Source: an uncultured bacterium (GTDB lineage: Bacteria > Patescibacteriota > Patescibacteriia > CAIQCM01). Taken from it: 64,000 bases of DNA. Of the stretch, positions 7,610 through 19,279 are shown one piece after another (position 1 is the first letter of the stretch; every line of letters starts with the position of its first letter). Where the stretch lies: NCBI GenBank assembly GCA_963708045.1, contig OY970181.1, positions 131,740-195,739 on the forward strand, read 5' to 3'. The notes below the pieces were generated by a model. The model had not been told where the DNA came from, ran no database searches, and saw only the letters and a program-made list of their open reading frames with translations. The translations under genes and the position numbers were made by a program.

Positions 7610-7624
7610 TGTCTAATATCTAAT
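7597..7624. repeat. Heptamer tandem array, ATCTAAT type
   Basis: ACCTAAT ATCTAAT GTCTAAT ATCTAAT spanning the trmD stop codon. Confidence 0.75.
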
Positions 7625-7631
7625 CCGTTGG

Positions 7632-7733
7632 CGTCATCCCGAAGAGCGGGAGCGATGAGGGAACTCAACGTCTCAAATCCACCTCTGCGGTTCCTCGCTC
7701 TAGACAAAACGACCATACGAGCTCGGAATGACG
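7632..7733. repeat. Palindromic element, GTCATCCCGA...CGGAATGAC family
   Basis: Same termini and internal GAGGGAAC/GTTCCTC stem as the other copies. Confidence 0.8.
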
Positions 7734-7777
7734 GCAAAAAAAACTTCCCCAATAATATTGGGGAAGTTTTTAATAAT

Positions 7778-8287
7778 TTATAAATTCGGATTTGCGATAA
7801 TGTCTTCGCTAACGGATGGAGCTGAACATTTTGCGCGGCTGGCTCGATAAATTTTAATCGCGTCTTCTTGCATCTTGTTCCATTCTAAGCGCGCAGCCGT
7901 CAACTTATCACTCCACGCTTTTACGGCCGAGCCGCGCGTTTTAGAAAGCTCTTTTTTCTTTTCTTTTTTTAAATCTTTGTCCGAAGAATTTACATTGCGC
8001 AAATTTGTGAGTGCATCTTTTACCGCTGTCTTATAACCAGAACGCGATTCGCTTGATAATGAAACATATTTATCACGACCATCTTTTAATGACGCCCGAT
8101 AGGTTGCCAAAGCCGACTTTAGACATAATTTATTTTTTGCATCCGCATTTTTGTCACCAAACACAAAAGCACTAATTTTGTTCTTAATTTGCGCGAGTGG
8201 ATTCACCGACTTGGCGGCGGCCATTGTTCCCACTGAAATAAGAACGACGATCGCGATTAAACCGATTATTTTGTATGTTTTTTTCAT
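7778..8287 (-). CDS. Hypothetical secreted helical protein
   Basis: MKKTYK plus hydrophobic N-terminal segment; Lys-rich helical body with two Cys. Confidence 0.7.
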   Translation of the reverse strand: MKKTYKIIGLIAIVVLISVGTMAAAKSVNPLAQIKNKISAFVFGDKNADAKNKLCLKSALATYRASLKDGRDKYVSLSSESRSGYKTAVKDALTNLRNVNSSDKDLKKEKKKELSKTRGSAVKAWSDKLTAARLEWNKMQEDAIKIYRASRAKCSAPSVSEDIIANPNL

Positions 8288-8346
8288 AAAATCAGCTATT
8301 TTTACCATCCTAAATGATAGTAACACCAAACGCCTGTTTTTTCAAT

Positions 8347-8408
8347 TTATCCACAGTACCTCCCCACCCCTTATGGCTATTGACGGATTATTCTAAATCG
8401 TTTATTAT
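8347..8408 (+). promoter_or_regulatory. 16S rRNA promoter with upstream DnaA-box consensus
   Basis: TTATCCACA at 8347-8355; TTGACG(8380)-17 nt-TATTAT(8403). Confidence 0.6.
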
Positions 8409-8669
8409 TGCCACATACTAATCACAACTTCTTTTCGCTTGTTTTTAGAAGAAAAAAGAGTTGAACCTAAAATCGCTTGGTTCCACTCTTTTTTCTTCCT
8501 GAAACGTTTTGGGAAGGGACATTGACAACTCAATCGTGAACCAAAAATTTCTTTCTTTGAAAGAAGAGAGAGATCCCCGGATAATAAACATTCAAAAACA
8601 ATATAGTCATTAAACACATAAGTCTGATGACTCTGGTTGAGTCCACTTCTCCTTAGGGAGATAGGGATT

Positions 8670-10178
<1,509 letters not shown>

Positions 10179-10292
10179 TACAACATTTCTTCACTAGAAG
10201 AATTTGTTGCAGGTCGGTCGTTCGACTGTTAGGTACCTACAGTCGAATGCATATTATCCGAATTCACGATTGAGTTTTCAGTGTCATTTAAA

Positions 10293-10323
10293 AGACACTC
10301 CGCCTAACTGCGGAGTGTCTTTG
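10293..10323 (+). terminator. Terminator after the 16S gene
   Basis: AAGACACTCCGC-ctaact-GCGGAGTGTCTT. Confidence 0.75.
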
Positions 10324-10420
10324 TATTTGTTTTCATCCCCTTATCTTGACAGAGTAACTCCTGATTGCTAAGGTCGTATATAAATTCGGTCTTTTGTTTC
10401 TTTCAACAACCGAGGGATAA

Positions 10421-10894
10421 ATGCACATAAAAACGCCGAGATATTTAGGGGAACAACTACGTTCTGACCGCAAACGCCAAGGAATGACGCAAGGCGAGTT
10501 GGCCGACGAATTGAATGCGAAACCCAATCGCCCGCAGAATCCTTTTACCCACCAACCCTATAATTTCAATAGGAGCTGGGTGGCCAAGCTTGAATCAGGC
10601 ACACTAGTTCGCGAACTTAATGTGGGGGTGCGGCGGTATCTTGCCGAAGTACTAAATGCAAACGAAGTCCTTTACGTACAACTTCCCACGCATGCAACTT
10701 CAGAATCGCAGAAGGTTATCACCGACGATGACAATGTCTTACCCCTGATCAAACTCATCGCCGCTCAGCCCAAACTAGCCCACCTTTCCTTCAAGAAATT
10801 TTGCGAGCTACGCTATGCGGACAACGTCTGCTCAAGAAGCGGGATATCAATTTTCAATCCGTTTGAGACCGAGACTGATCCACTGAGCAAGTAA
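10421..10894 (+). CDS. XRE-family helix-turn-helix protein
   Basis: LGEQLRSDRKRQGMTQGELADEL...RSWVAKLESG. Confidence 0.75.
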   Translation: MHIKTPRYLGEQLRSDRKRQGMTQGELADELNAKPNRPQNPFTHQPYNFNRSWVAKLESGTLVRELNVGVRRYLAEVLNANEVLYVQLPTHATSESQKVITDDDNVLPLIKLIAAQPKLAHLSFKKFCELRYADNVCSRSGISIFNPFETETDPLSK

Positions 10895-11087
10895 ATTGGG
10901 CTCCCAAACTGACCGTCGTTAGATCCACCAGAAATGGTGGATCTTGCTTTATTCATCACGACCCGCCAGCTCCTGAGCACAAGTAATGGACGACGGGTTG
11001 GGTTTTTGGCGTCTTTATATTTACCATATTCCCCTCACTCCACTCCCTCTCCCCTTTTGGGGCGAGGGAGGACGAGGCGAGTCATTT

Positions 11088-11984
11088 TTATAGATGCGAT
11101 TTTTTACGACGAACGATAAATAATTTTGCTGCGGACAAAAGACCGATAAAGGGTAAGAAAACAAGCAGGCTTCTCATTGGCCACTTGGCGTAAGGATCGG
11201 TTGGTAGTTGCGGCGATAACTTTTCAACTCTAATATTACCGGCATTGTCCACGGCCTTAACCCAAACATGGTTTGATAATTTTTGATCTTTAAGTCGATA
11301 TGGGCTCGTCGCAGTAAGCCACGCGTCGGCCTTGGTTACTCCGTCACGCGTCTCTTGAACTTCGTAATAATCAATGCCCGAATCTTTGTCTTGAGTGCTA
11401 AAAACTAAAAAATATGCGCCATTAAAAAGATCCGGCGATGAAGAAATAACGGGTTTAAATTCTTCTGGCGTAACAGAATCCGCTTTTGTTGAATCGGGCA
11501 ACTGGTTTACGTCCGAACCAAAAGATATAAAAGACCATTCCGCAACTTTGGTTTTGGCCACAGTTGCTTTTCCATCGCTTAGAAGCGCGACCGGTTGTTC
11601 AAGCGTTACCTTTCCCGAGCCTGTTGCTTTTGGCAAAAAAACGATTGAAAAAATCTGACCGCGACTACCTTTAAACCCACCTGGAACAATGCCGGCAAAA
11701 TCAATGCGGTTATTTTCAATCTTTGGTATTTTAGCCCAGAAATTAACAAGTGAGTTGCTGTCATTCAGAAACTTAGCTTCTAGTAAATCATCCGGCCACA
11801 CGACAGCGCCGGAAACAGCGTTTAAAACATTGCCGTCAGCATTAAGTTCAAACGACAAAGTAAACGGACGGCCTTTTTCTATTCTGTCTCTTGTCTGAAA
11901 AGAAAAAGACGCTGCTCTAACCGCAGAGAGTGGTAAGAGCAGGGCAGAACAAACGATTACAATAATGTAAAATATTTTTTTCAT
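11088..11984 (-). CDS. Secreted cohesin-like domain protein with C-terminal membrane anchor
   Basis: Signal peptide; beta-rich LNAVSGAVVWP...IDFAGIVPGGF domain; DKDSGIDYYEV and VKAVDNAGN; C-terminal TM plus basic tail. Confidence 0.7.
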   Translation of the reverse strand: MKKIFYIIVIVCSALLLPLSAVRAASFSFQTRDRIEKGRPFTLSFELNADGNVLNAVSGAVVWPDDLLEAKFLNDSNSLVNFWAKIPKIENNRIDFAGIVPGGFKGSRGQIFSIVFLPKATGSGKVTLEQPVALLSDGKATVAKTKVAEWSFISFGSDVNQLPDSTKADSVTPEEFKPVISSSPDLFNGAYFLVFSTQDKDSGIDYYEVQETRDGVTKADAWLTATSPYRLKDQKLSNHVWVKAVDNAGNIRVEKLSPQLPTDPYAKWPMRSLLVFLPFIGLLSAAKLFIVRRKKSHL

Positions 11985-11987
11985 AAA

Positions 11988-13103
11988 TTAGCCTGTCCAA
12001 TAAAAGGCCATAATACTTAAATCTAATAAATCAACTTTGCCGTCGGCGTTAAGATCGGGCCCAGTTGGCGGGTTTGGGCGTCCGTACCAAAACGCAATAA
12101 CCGAGAAGTCAACCAAATTAATCCGCAGGTCGGCATTAAAATCGCCTTTGTCTTTAAGAATGGCTGACGGTTTTGTAACAATACTTTTATCGCTTACTTT
12201 GAATGTATGTGGATCGCTTAGAACACTAATGTCACCGCCGGAAAGAGCTTTGGTCTGCACAGTGTGATCACCCTTTAAAAGCGCATCGGTAGCCATCTTG
12301 TAAAGATAAACGCCGTCGGCGCTTGCTTTAACTTTAGTAACGAACGGATTATCAGAATTAACCGTGATTTCCACTTCGGCGCTCACTGCGGCTTGGCCAA
12401 AAATAATAATATTTTCTCCTTGCTTAACCTCGGACTTGTCCGTGCTCACGGTCGGCGGCAAAAAAATGCCACTAATCTGCGTCATTGACCCGGCGGTTGT
12501 ATAAATAGGAAAAGTGAATAATGTTGAACGCGCCCCTTGTTTGTCTTCGCCGTAAACGGAAAAAGTGTAATTACCCGACGAAAGACCGGTATATGTAATT
12601 GAAAATTTTGCATCCGACCCGGCAATGGTTGTTGCGGCTAATATTCCATCCTTAAGTAAACTAACTTTGCTTAGCGGATAGGCGCGGCCAGAAACAATCA
12701 CGCCGGTCGTAACGATTGTTAAAGGATACGTTGCGCTACCGCCTCCGCCACCACCGCCGCCTCCCCCTCCTCCACCACCACTGCTTGCAACACAACTTAA
12801 GGTATCAAAAGTACAATCGGCTTTGCAGGCCAACGTGCCGCCGCCGCCAAAACCGCGCGAACCGCAGGTCGCACCGAACAAATCAGTTCCATCACACTGT
12901 TCGTTAATTTCTTTTATTCCATTACCACAAAGATTAAGAATTTGAATTTGAAAATTTGCCGAACCAGCCGCTTTTGTTGTGAGCGGCTGAACTAAAAACA
13001 ATACCGCGCCAAAAACTAGCGCCGCCACGGTTGTGGCGGCAAACATTTTCGTAAACCCCTTTTGTAATCTAGTTTGCTCGTTCATTAAACTAAATGACGA
13101 CAC
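11988..13103 (-). CDS. Secreted protein with Cys-rich repeat, Ig-like domains and C-terminal dockerin-like repeat
   Basis: CGNGIKEINEQCDG, poly-Gly linker, GDFNADLRINLVDFS and DLNADGKVDLLDLS; start uncertain (13086 or 13046 possible). Confidence 0.75.
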   Translation of the reverse strand: MSSFSLMNEQTRLQKGFTKMFAATTVAALVFGAVLFLVQPLTTKAAGSANFQIQILNLCGNGIKEINEQCDGTDLFGATCGSRGFGGGGTLACKADCTFDTLSCVASSGGGGGGGGGGGGGGSATYPLTIVTTGVIVSGRAYPLSKVSLLKDGILAATTIAGSDAKFSITYTGLSSGNYTFSVYGEDKQGARSTLFTFPIYTTAGSMTQISGIFLPPTVSTDKSEVKQGENIIIFGQAAVSAEVEITVNSDNPFVTKVKASADGVYLYKMATDALLKGDHTVQTKALSGGDISVLSDPHTFKVSDKSIVTKPSAILKDKGDFNADLRINLVDFSVIAFWYGRPNPPTGPDLNADGKVDLLDLSIMAFYWTG

Positions 13104-13107
13104 CGAT

Positions 13108-16100
13108 TTAATTAGCTGTAATTGAAAGCACCATATTAACGGAATAGCTACCCACTGGCTGTTCAGCCGGAATTTTCTGGCTAATAGCTACGTCCCTGAG
13201 TGTCCAGTCGCCAACATTATTTGCGGCAGCGGATGCCGAAAGTAAAGTAATATTATTGGTCACGCCTTCACTAAATGCCGCCGCCCCACCCTTAGAAATA
13301 TTTGCCGTCGTGCAACCACTGCACCCACCAACAGCCAAAGTCGCGACCGAAGGATCAATCGTCATCTGGCCACCGAGCGAATCAGTATCCCCGCCGTCGG
13401 CACACCCCGCACTCGTTGAATCGTTGAAATCATAATTTACTGTTCCACCATTCCAATAGTCCGTTGGCGCTTGCGCCGCAAGCGTTAATGTCCAACCGCC
13501 GGCAACACCAGTGTTGTTTACATAGATCTGCTCTGATGATGAACCAAAACTGCCGGTAACATTTTGACAAGAAAAATTAAAATTTGTTGAGCTCATCGCC
13601 ATACTCGGATTAGCGACCGGCGCATAGCTTGCATTAACAATGTCGGCGGTTAAAGAGCCGCCCGACGGATTTAATTCGTCATTGTCCGCGTTCATCGCTG
13701 ACTCAATATTCGCCCAGGATGTTTCAGCATTATGAACGTGCCAAAATGTGAAGCTAACCGTTTGACCCGGAGCGACCGAAGACCAGGTTTTTTCAAATCC
13801 GGTCTGGTCGGCTGTCTGAGTTCCGTGAGAAGCCGTTATTTGAATTGGCCACTCAGCATAAGGAGCGGTTGTCCTACCCAAAAACGCCTCGACGGCAAAT
13901 ATTTGGTAATCGGGGAGATTGTTCTTATCCCAAATCATTCCCATATTGATGAATGTCACCTTATCGTAAGCCGTTTGCCAAAATTTTGACCAGCCAGAAG
14001 GAGAAACCCTTTGCTCCATGATGACGTCGTTAGAAGGGTCGTTGGCAAATCTACCAGCATCATTTGCTGCCCTGTCTGTTCCGTGCCACTGTTCACGTTC
14101 CCAGACCATCGGATATTTATGAGTAGAGCTGCCACCATTATAAAAATCATATGTATTCTTTATATATCTTTTGCCAGAATAATAATTCTGTGTTCTTGTC
14201 GCTGTGATACCATTGTCCAACTGCTGAGCCCAACCTCCAACAACTCCACTAACTGCCGTATTATCGGAGTGCTGAACAATCGTAAAACCGGTATTGCTTT
14301 CGGCCGTTATCCAACTAGCATTTTCATTCGGACTCCACTTTATATCATGTTGATATGGATTAGCTGAGCCCGAAGTATCAGCTCTTATTATGTCATCAAC
14401 ATGAACAGCGACTCTTTCCATACAGTCGGTAGACTGGTCGGCTCCTCCGCCAACTGGGTGAGCCCGAGATTCGGCTTGTAAACCAGCTTGCTCACATTCA
14501 TTTATTGAAGAACAAGCTAAATTGTTATCGGTTGTTGAAGTTGGTTTTGGATAAATAAATGTAGATAAATACTGATTAGCAATATACAAACCATTTGAAC
14601 CCCAGCGCTGGCCCATGTCAAACGTTTGAGTCCAGTTATATCTTGTCGCAAAAAGGTCGGTATCGGTATCAAAAGCGATATCAACATCCGTTGAAACCGT
14701 TCCTGTAGTAGCCATCTGCGGGAGTGAAGCGAATTGAATGTAAAGCGTATGCGAGGAAGTCTCCCACCACCATGCGTTGACGCCAGTGGACTGAGCCGAC
14801 CCCGGAGAGACAGATGCCCCGTTTACGGTTATAGCAAAATTAGTCGGAGAAGAAGTGATCGGATGAATTGGAACCGCCACGGCAATATTCGTACCTGTTC
14901 CGCTTTTCATTCCAAACCCGAAATCGCTTATGGTTGTATGCCAGTGGTCAGTTGACCAGATAGAATTAAAATCCGTATAATTAGCCGGGTTTTGAACCGC
15001 GTCCATTGAAGTTCTTTTAACAGTCATCACAATAGTAAAGGTACTTGCGCTGCTCGTATAATCTATAGAAGGAAAACCAGCGTTATTATCCAACTGCACA
15101 ACAACACTAAAGGAACCGTTATAAGTCTTTGGGTCATCACAACCCATACAAATATTGGAACCGGGATAAATAACCCCTTCAAAACGACTATTGCCGGCGT
15201 TCCATGTCATCGGAGTAGAAAATCCTTGCCCAGCGATCGTGGTGACTTGGGCGCGGGCGTAAGGATAATTAGCATAGGTCAAACCGCCGGTTAGTGTGCC
15301 GTAAACTGGAACCGCCCCCGCCCATCCGTCGGTCGTTTTGCCCAAAGAACTGGCGATGCCGGGTACCACGGGAGCCGGATTTAGAGCAACGGCAAAAGCA
15401 TGCTTGACTGTGGTACCGGTCGTTGAGCAGGTCGTATCAATATTTCCGGTCGCACCCGAACCAGTCCACGTCATACTATCAATCGTCCTTGCAAAATCGG
15501 AAGCAGTTATCCAGTAATCGTTATGCTCAACCCAATCAGTGGTAGGAACTGATGGTTTTGTAAAGTTACGAGTTGTATTACTTGAATAGAAGCTAGCGAA
15601 ATTTAAAAGCACCGAACCAGCGGCCGATACGTTCATACTGGCCGCCCTAACCGTTGTATTACTGGTAATATATTCGGTATTTGAATAAGTATCTATGGGG
15701 TTTGCGGTGTTAAAACCCCCACGGAAAGTTGCAACGGTTATGGCCGTACTTCCAGAAGAAGCAAAACTCCAAGTGTAAGAAGCCCCTTCTCCCGAAGCCA
15801 ATTTCCAATAAAGCATTTGATGATAGGTTGTAGAATACTGGTGCTGGGCCAACAAAGTCCACCCGGTTGGAACCGAATCAACCGCTCCGTTATTGTTGCG
15901 CATAATCAAAGTAAACATGATATCGTTGTTCGCCGTATTGGTCGGTTTGTTAACCACGGCGTTGAACGGGGTGGTTTGGGATGCGGCATTATAGTGAGCA
16001 ACGTTTATAAAAGAGGTTGCCGCCATAGCCTCATGAATTCTTAATTCTTCCGGCAAGTTGCGCAAAGAAGAAAAATTATCAACAACGTTCGGATCATTTT

Positions 16101-16251
16101 CATTTTGAGCAAGCCATAATTTATCAACGATGTTACGTGTGTTAATGTAGGAATCTATCGCCGAAGAAAACAAATAATAAGGAACATTGGAAAAAATGAC
16201 CCCGAAAATGACCAGCGACACCACTAAAAATTTAAGAATTCTTGTTTTCAT
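13108..16251 (-). CDS. Large secreted surface protein with C-terminal WxL-like domain
   Basis: N-terminal hydrophobic helix; C-terminal ~180 aa paralogous to 18474-19154 (GWTLTLAA, GDWTL, IPAEQP, YSVNMVLSI). Confidence 0.75.
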   Translation of the reverse strand: MKTRILKFLVVSLVIFGVIFSNVPYYLFSSAIDSYINTRNIVDKLWLAQNENDPNVVDNFSSLRNLPEELRIHEAMAATSFINVAHYNAASQTTPFNAVVNKPTNTANNDIMFTLIMRNNNGAVDSVPTGWTLLAQHQYSTTYHQMLYWKLASGEGASYTWSFASSGSTAITVATFRGGFNTANPIDTYSNTEYITSNTTVRAASMNVSAAGSVLLNFASFYSSNTTRNFTKPSVPTTDWVEHNDYWITASDFARTIDSMTWTGSGATGNIDTTCSTTGTTVKHAFAVALNPAPVVPGIASSLGKTTDGWAGAVPVYGTLTGGLTYANYPYARAQVTTIAGQGFSTPMTWNAGNSRFEGVIYPGSNICMGCDDPKTYNGSFSVVVQLDNNAGFPSIDYTSSASTFTIVMTVKRTSMDAVQNPANYTDFNSIWSTDHWHTTISDFGFGMKSGTGTNIAVAVPIHPITSSPTNFAITVNGASVSPGSAQSTGVNAWWWETSSHTLYIQFASLPQMATTGTVSTDVDIAFDTDTDLFATRYNWTQTFDMGQRWGSNGLYIANQYLSTFIYPKPTSTTDNNLACSSINECEQAGLQAESRAHPVGGGADQSTDCMERVAVHVDDIIRADTSGSANPYQHDIKWSPNENASWITAESNTGFTIVQHSDNTAVSGVVGGWAQQLDNGITATRTQNYYSGKRYIKNTYDFYNGGSSTHKYPMVWEREQWHGTDRAANDAGRFANDPSNDVIMEQRVSPSGWSKFWQTAYDKVTFINMGMIWDKNNLPDYQIFAVEAFLGRTTAPYAEWPIQITASHGTQTADQTGFEKTWSSVAPGQTVSFTFWHVHNAETSWANIESAMNADNDELNPSGGSLTADIVNASYAPVANPSMAMSSTNFNFSCQNVTGSFGSSSEQIYVNNTGVAGGWTLTLAAQAPTDYWNGGTVNYDFNDSTSAGCADGGDTDSLGGQMTIDPSVATLAVGGCSGCTTANISKGGAAAFSEGVTNNITLLSASAAANNVGDWTLRDVAISQKIPAEQPVGSYSVNMVLSITAN

Positions 16252-16270
16252 TTCTTGTTTTCACGCTTAA

Positions 16271-17233
16271 TTATTTTTCGCGATATTCGCTTATATAATC
16301 AAGAGCCTGTTTAGATATTTTTTTCATTACTTCTTCTGCTCGTTCTTGGCTATAACCTTTGACCATAACCGTCAAAATATACGGCCTTTTTGGCAAGTAA
16401 ACAATGCCCGAGTCTAAATATATTCCCTTGTCAGTATCAATTCCGATTTTATGCGAGAATAAAATATCATTTAGCATCCCACTTTTGATATATTGGCCGA
16501 ATTCGGTTTCCGAAAGATATCCCAATAATTTTTGCGAGTTTTCTTCCGACAAATATGTTGAATTATAAAGCGCTCTAAATATAGCAGAATATCTTTTTGT
16601 ACCAATTTCTCCGGTATTGGAAATAAAATCCTTGAGTCCAATGTGTGTGTAAACATCTTCAATATCTTTAACTTCAAGATTTCTGGTCAAAATAAAATTT
16701 GCCGTATTGTCGGACTCCGTCAAATCTAACTTAACTAGATCTTCAATGGTAAACGTTGAGCCAATTGGTTCTTTGTATAAATTCCCAAACTTTTCATCTT
16801 TGTCGTTGGCTGTCAGCACTAAGCGATTATCCCATTTCCACTCCCCGCGTTCTATTTTTTTTGTGACTGCCATAGTCACGGGCACTTTAAGGAGACTAGC
16901 CGGCCAAAATTTCATATCATTATTGATTGAAATATTGGCGCCGGTATTCAGATATTCAAAATAAACAGACACTCCATCTTTTCCCTCTAACTTGTTTAGT
17001 TCGTCCCTGAGCGGTTGGATATTGATTATAAGATCATCTTGATTGATAAGTTTCCGGGCGGGATTAAGCAATTTATATTCCCCAACGATATCCGCGACGC
17101 GACCATTTTTTCCGACGACACTTAAAAAAACAGGCGCTAGGAGCGAGGTAATTAAAACCGCCGCAAGCGTTGATATATAAACCCATTTTACGTCTACGTT
17201 TTTTCTATTTTGAATTTTTTGCTTCCAATTCAT
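16271..17233 (-). CDS. Class A beta-lactamase-like serine hydrolase, membrane anchored
   Basis: SxxK (PASLLK), SDN, HKIG, DSGIVY; N-terminal TM helix. Confidence 0.85.
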   Translation of the reverse strand: MNWKQKIQNRKNVDVKWVYISTLAAVLITSLLAPVFLSVVGKNGRVADIVGEYKLLNPARKLINQDDLIINIQPLRDELNKLEGKDGVSVYFEYLNTGANISINNDMKFWPASLLKVPVTMAVTKKIERGEWKWDNRLVLTANDKDEKFGNLYKEPIGSTFTIEDLVKLDLTESDNTANFILTRNLEVKDIEDVYTHIGLKDFISNTGEIGTKRYSAIFRALYNSTYLSEENSQKLLGYLSETEFGQYIKSGMLNDILFSHKIGIDTDKGIYLDSGIVYLPKRPYILTVMVKGYSQERAEEVMKKISKQALDYISEYREK

Positions 17234-17323
17234 ATTTTTGTTAGCGACTGACAAAAAGCAAAAACCCGAAAAAAATCCGGGTTTTTGCGGAACAAAAAAG
17301 TTGAGAAAAATTTCTTAAGACCA

Positions 17324-18463
17324 CTATCGCAAAGGCGGAGTTTTAATTTTTTCACCAGGTTTGACAACATAGGGAGGTTTTAATCCGTTCACCTTAGCAA
17401 GCAGTTTCCAAGAAATAGCGAATCGCTTTGCCAGGGAATTAATATCATCTCCTGCCCCAACCACCTGCTCTACCCATTTTTCCTGAATCCATTTTTTATT
17501 GCGACGATTTTTAACGCAGAGAATGACGACGGCAACCAAAAGCAAGACGACCGCGATTTCTGTTGCCAGGCCGCCCGGGGTTGGCGCGCTCCAAAACCAA
17601 ATTGTCGGGCCAGTAAGCGTTGTTAAATCTTTGCCGCTTTGCACACCAACGCTAGCTTCTGAATTTTTGTCGTAGTCAACAACAAAAGCCGAGCGATACC
17701 ATCCACCAAAGAATGGTTTTTTTATCTCAAAGTTCCAATCAGACGTTTCGCCGCGCATTATTGGAAACTGACCGCCGTACTGTTTATACGGCAAGCCGAA
17801 AAAATACGAAACAGCGACTTTGATATTGGCGTCAATGGAAACATTGCCAGTGTTCTTAACTTGCGGATGAAGGACAGGAACGCCTTTTTCTAAAGTTAAT
17901 GTAAAGCCAGCCAATTCAAGCTTGCGAACAATTTCGCCTGGGATTGTAACGGCCACGCGCAAACCCGTTCGTACCGAAAGAAGCGCACCAACTTGTCCCG
18001 CTTGTTTTACTTTTTTCTCTTGAATATTTATACAACCATCGTGCTCGCCAACCGCCGCGCTTTTGGGCGCGCTGATTGTAAAAGGCACGACTTCGCTCGT
18101 ACCCGGCTCTAGCATTACTTCGCTCTTTGCCAAATTGATCCAGGCGCCAATGTCCAGTTTGTCTTCGGAAAATTGCTTACAAGCAAAAGCGCCGCCGGTT
18201 GAAGGCGTAGAGTCGGTCGCATAAACCATTAAGGTCTTTGTTTCGGCCGAATTATTAACAACAACCACTCCTTCGCTAACCTTAGCGCCCGGTTCCAGAG
18301 TTTGGATAAAAATTGATTCGGTTCGCGGATTATCAGTCCGCGGATATGCCGGACGCCCGCCAAAACCACCATATTCAATGGCTTTGGCCGCGGACAACGG
18401 AATCACGACTGACGATAAAAATACAACGACTGTAATTAGTCTTGCGATTCCTAAAAATTTCAT
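17324..18463 (-). CDS. DUF916-like (WxL-associated) protein with TM helix and C-terminal LysM domain
   Basis: Signal peptide; LEPG...VPFTISAP...GEHDGCI; VKNTGNV; TM; DDINSLAKRFAISWKLLAKVNGL. Confidence 0.75.
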   Translation of the reverse strand: MKFLGIARLITVVVFLSSVVIPLSAAKAIEYGGFGGRPAYPRTDNPRTESIFIQTLEPGAKVSEGVVVVNNSAETKTLMVYATDSTPSTGGAFACKQFSEDKLDIGAWINLAKSEVMLEPGTSEVVPFTISAPKSAAVGEHDGCINIQEKKVKQAGQVGALLSVRTGLRVAVTIPGEIVRKLELAGFTLTLEKGVPVLHPQVKNTGNVSIDANIKVAVSYFFGLPYKQYGGQFPIMRGETSDWNFEIKKPFFGGWYRSAFVVDYDKNSEASVGVQSGKDLTTLTGPTIWFWSAPTPGGLATEIAVVLLLVAVVILCVKNRRNKKWIQEKWVEQVVGAGDDINSLAKRFAISWKLLAKVNGLKPPYVVKPGEKIKTPPLR

Positions 18464-18473
18464 AGATATAACT

Positions 18474-19154
18474 TTAGCTGGCGGTGACGGAAAGAGTCAA
18501 GTTGAGATTGTAATCGCTAGCCGCCGGCTGTTCAGCGGGAATAGTTTGGCTAACCGTGACGCCAGAAAGCTTCCAGTCGCCAATATCATTAGAAGCCGCG
18601 GCGCCAGAGAGAATAGTGATACTATTCGTGGTTGTTTCAACAAAAGCCGAGGCCGATCCTTTGGTCACGCTCGTTATCGCACAAGAAGCACATTGACCAA
18701 CCGCCAACGTACCAACCGAAGGATCAATGCTCATCTGTCCTTTGAGGGTGTCGGTATCGGCGCCATCGGTACAACCAGCACCCGTCGGATCGTTAAAATC
18801 AAAATCAGTGCCGGCGCTATCCCAAAAAGCCGTTGGTGCCGAAGCAGCCAAAGTCACCGACCAACCACTGTCGGCGGCATCTGGATTTTTTACGTAAATC
18901 TGCTGAGTTGTAGTTCCCAAAGTTCCGGTTGAGCTTTGGCAAGAAAAACTAAACGTTTTCGCGGCCATCGCGACCGACGGACTCGCAACCGGCGCATAAG
19001 CGGCGTCAACAATATCAACCGACAAACTGCCGGCATTAATTGTCTGCGTAAAACTTGAGGTGGCGGAAGCTAAAACGTTTGCCCCGCTACCCAAGGCATT
19101 GGCCGCGACAAAGACGGCGACAAGGGCGATCTTTGCCCAATTATCTTTTTTCAT
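18474..19154 (-). CDS. Small secreted WxL-like protein
   Basis: Signal peptide; GWSVTLAAS, DWKLSG, QTIPAEQPAASDYNLNLTLSV. Confidence 0.7.
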   Translation of the reverse strand: MKKDNWAKIALVAVFVAANALGSGANVLASATSSFTQTINAGSLSVDIVDAAYAPVASPSVAMAAKTFSFSCQSSTGTLGTTTQQIYVKNPDAADSGWSVTLAASAPTAFWDSAGTDFDFNDPTGAGCTDGADTDTLKGQMSIDPSVGTLAVGQCASCAITSVTKGSASAFVETTTNSITILSGAAASNDIGDWKLSGVTVSQTIPAEQPAASDYNLNLTLSVTAS

Positions 19155-19279
19155 AAAAATTTTGTTAATGTGAATATGTGATTATAGTTAGATAATATTA
19201 TACAACAGTATCACAAAACATTAAAAAAATATGGGGATAGATTTTTTAAAGCTTTTATGAAAACAAAAATGCACCATCT

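Noticed and set aside
12735-12785. CCG/CCA-rich run as a phase-variable repeat
   Set aside because: Encodes a poly-Gly linker with mixed codons.
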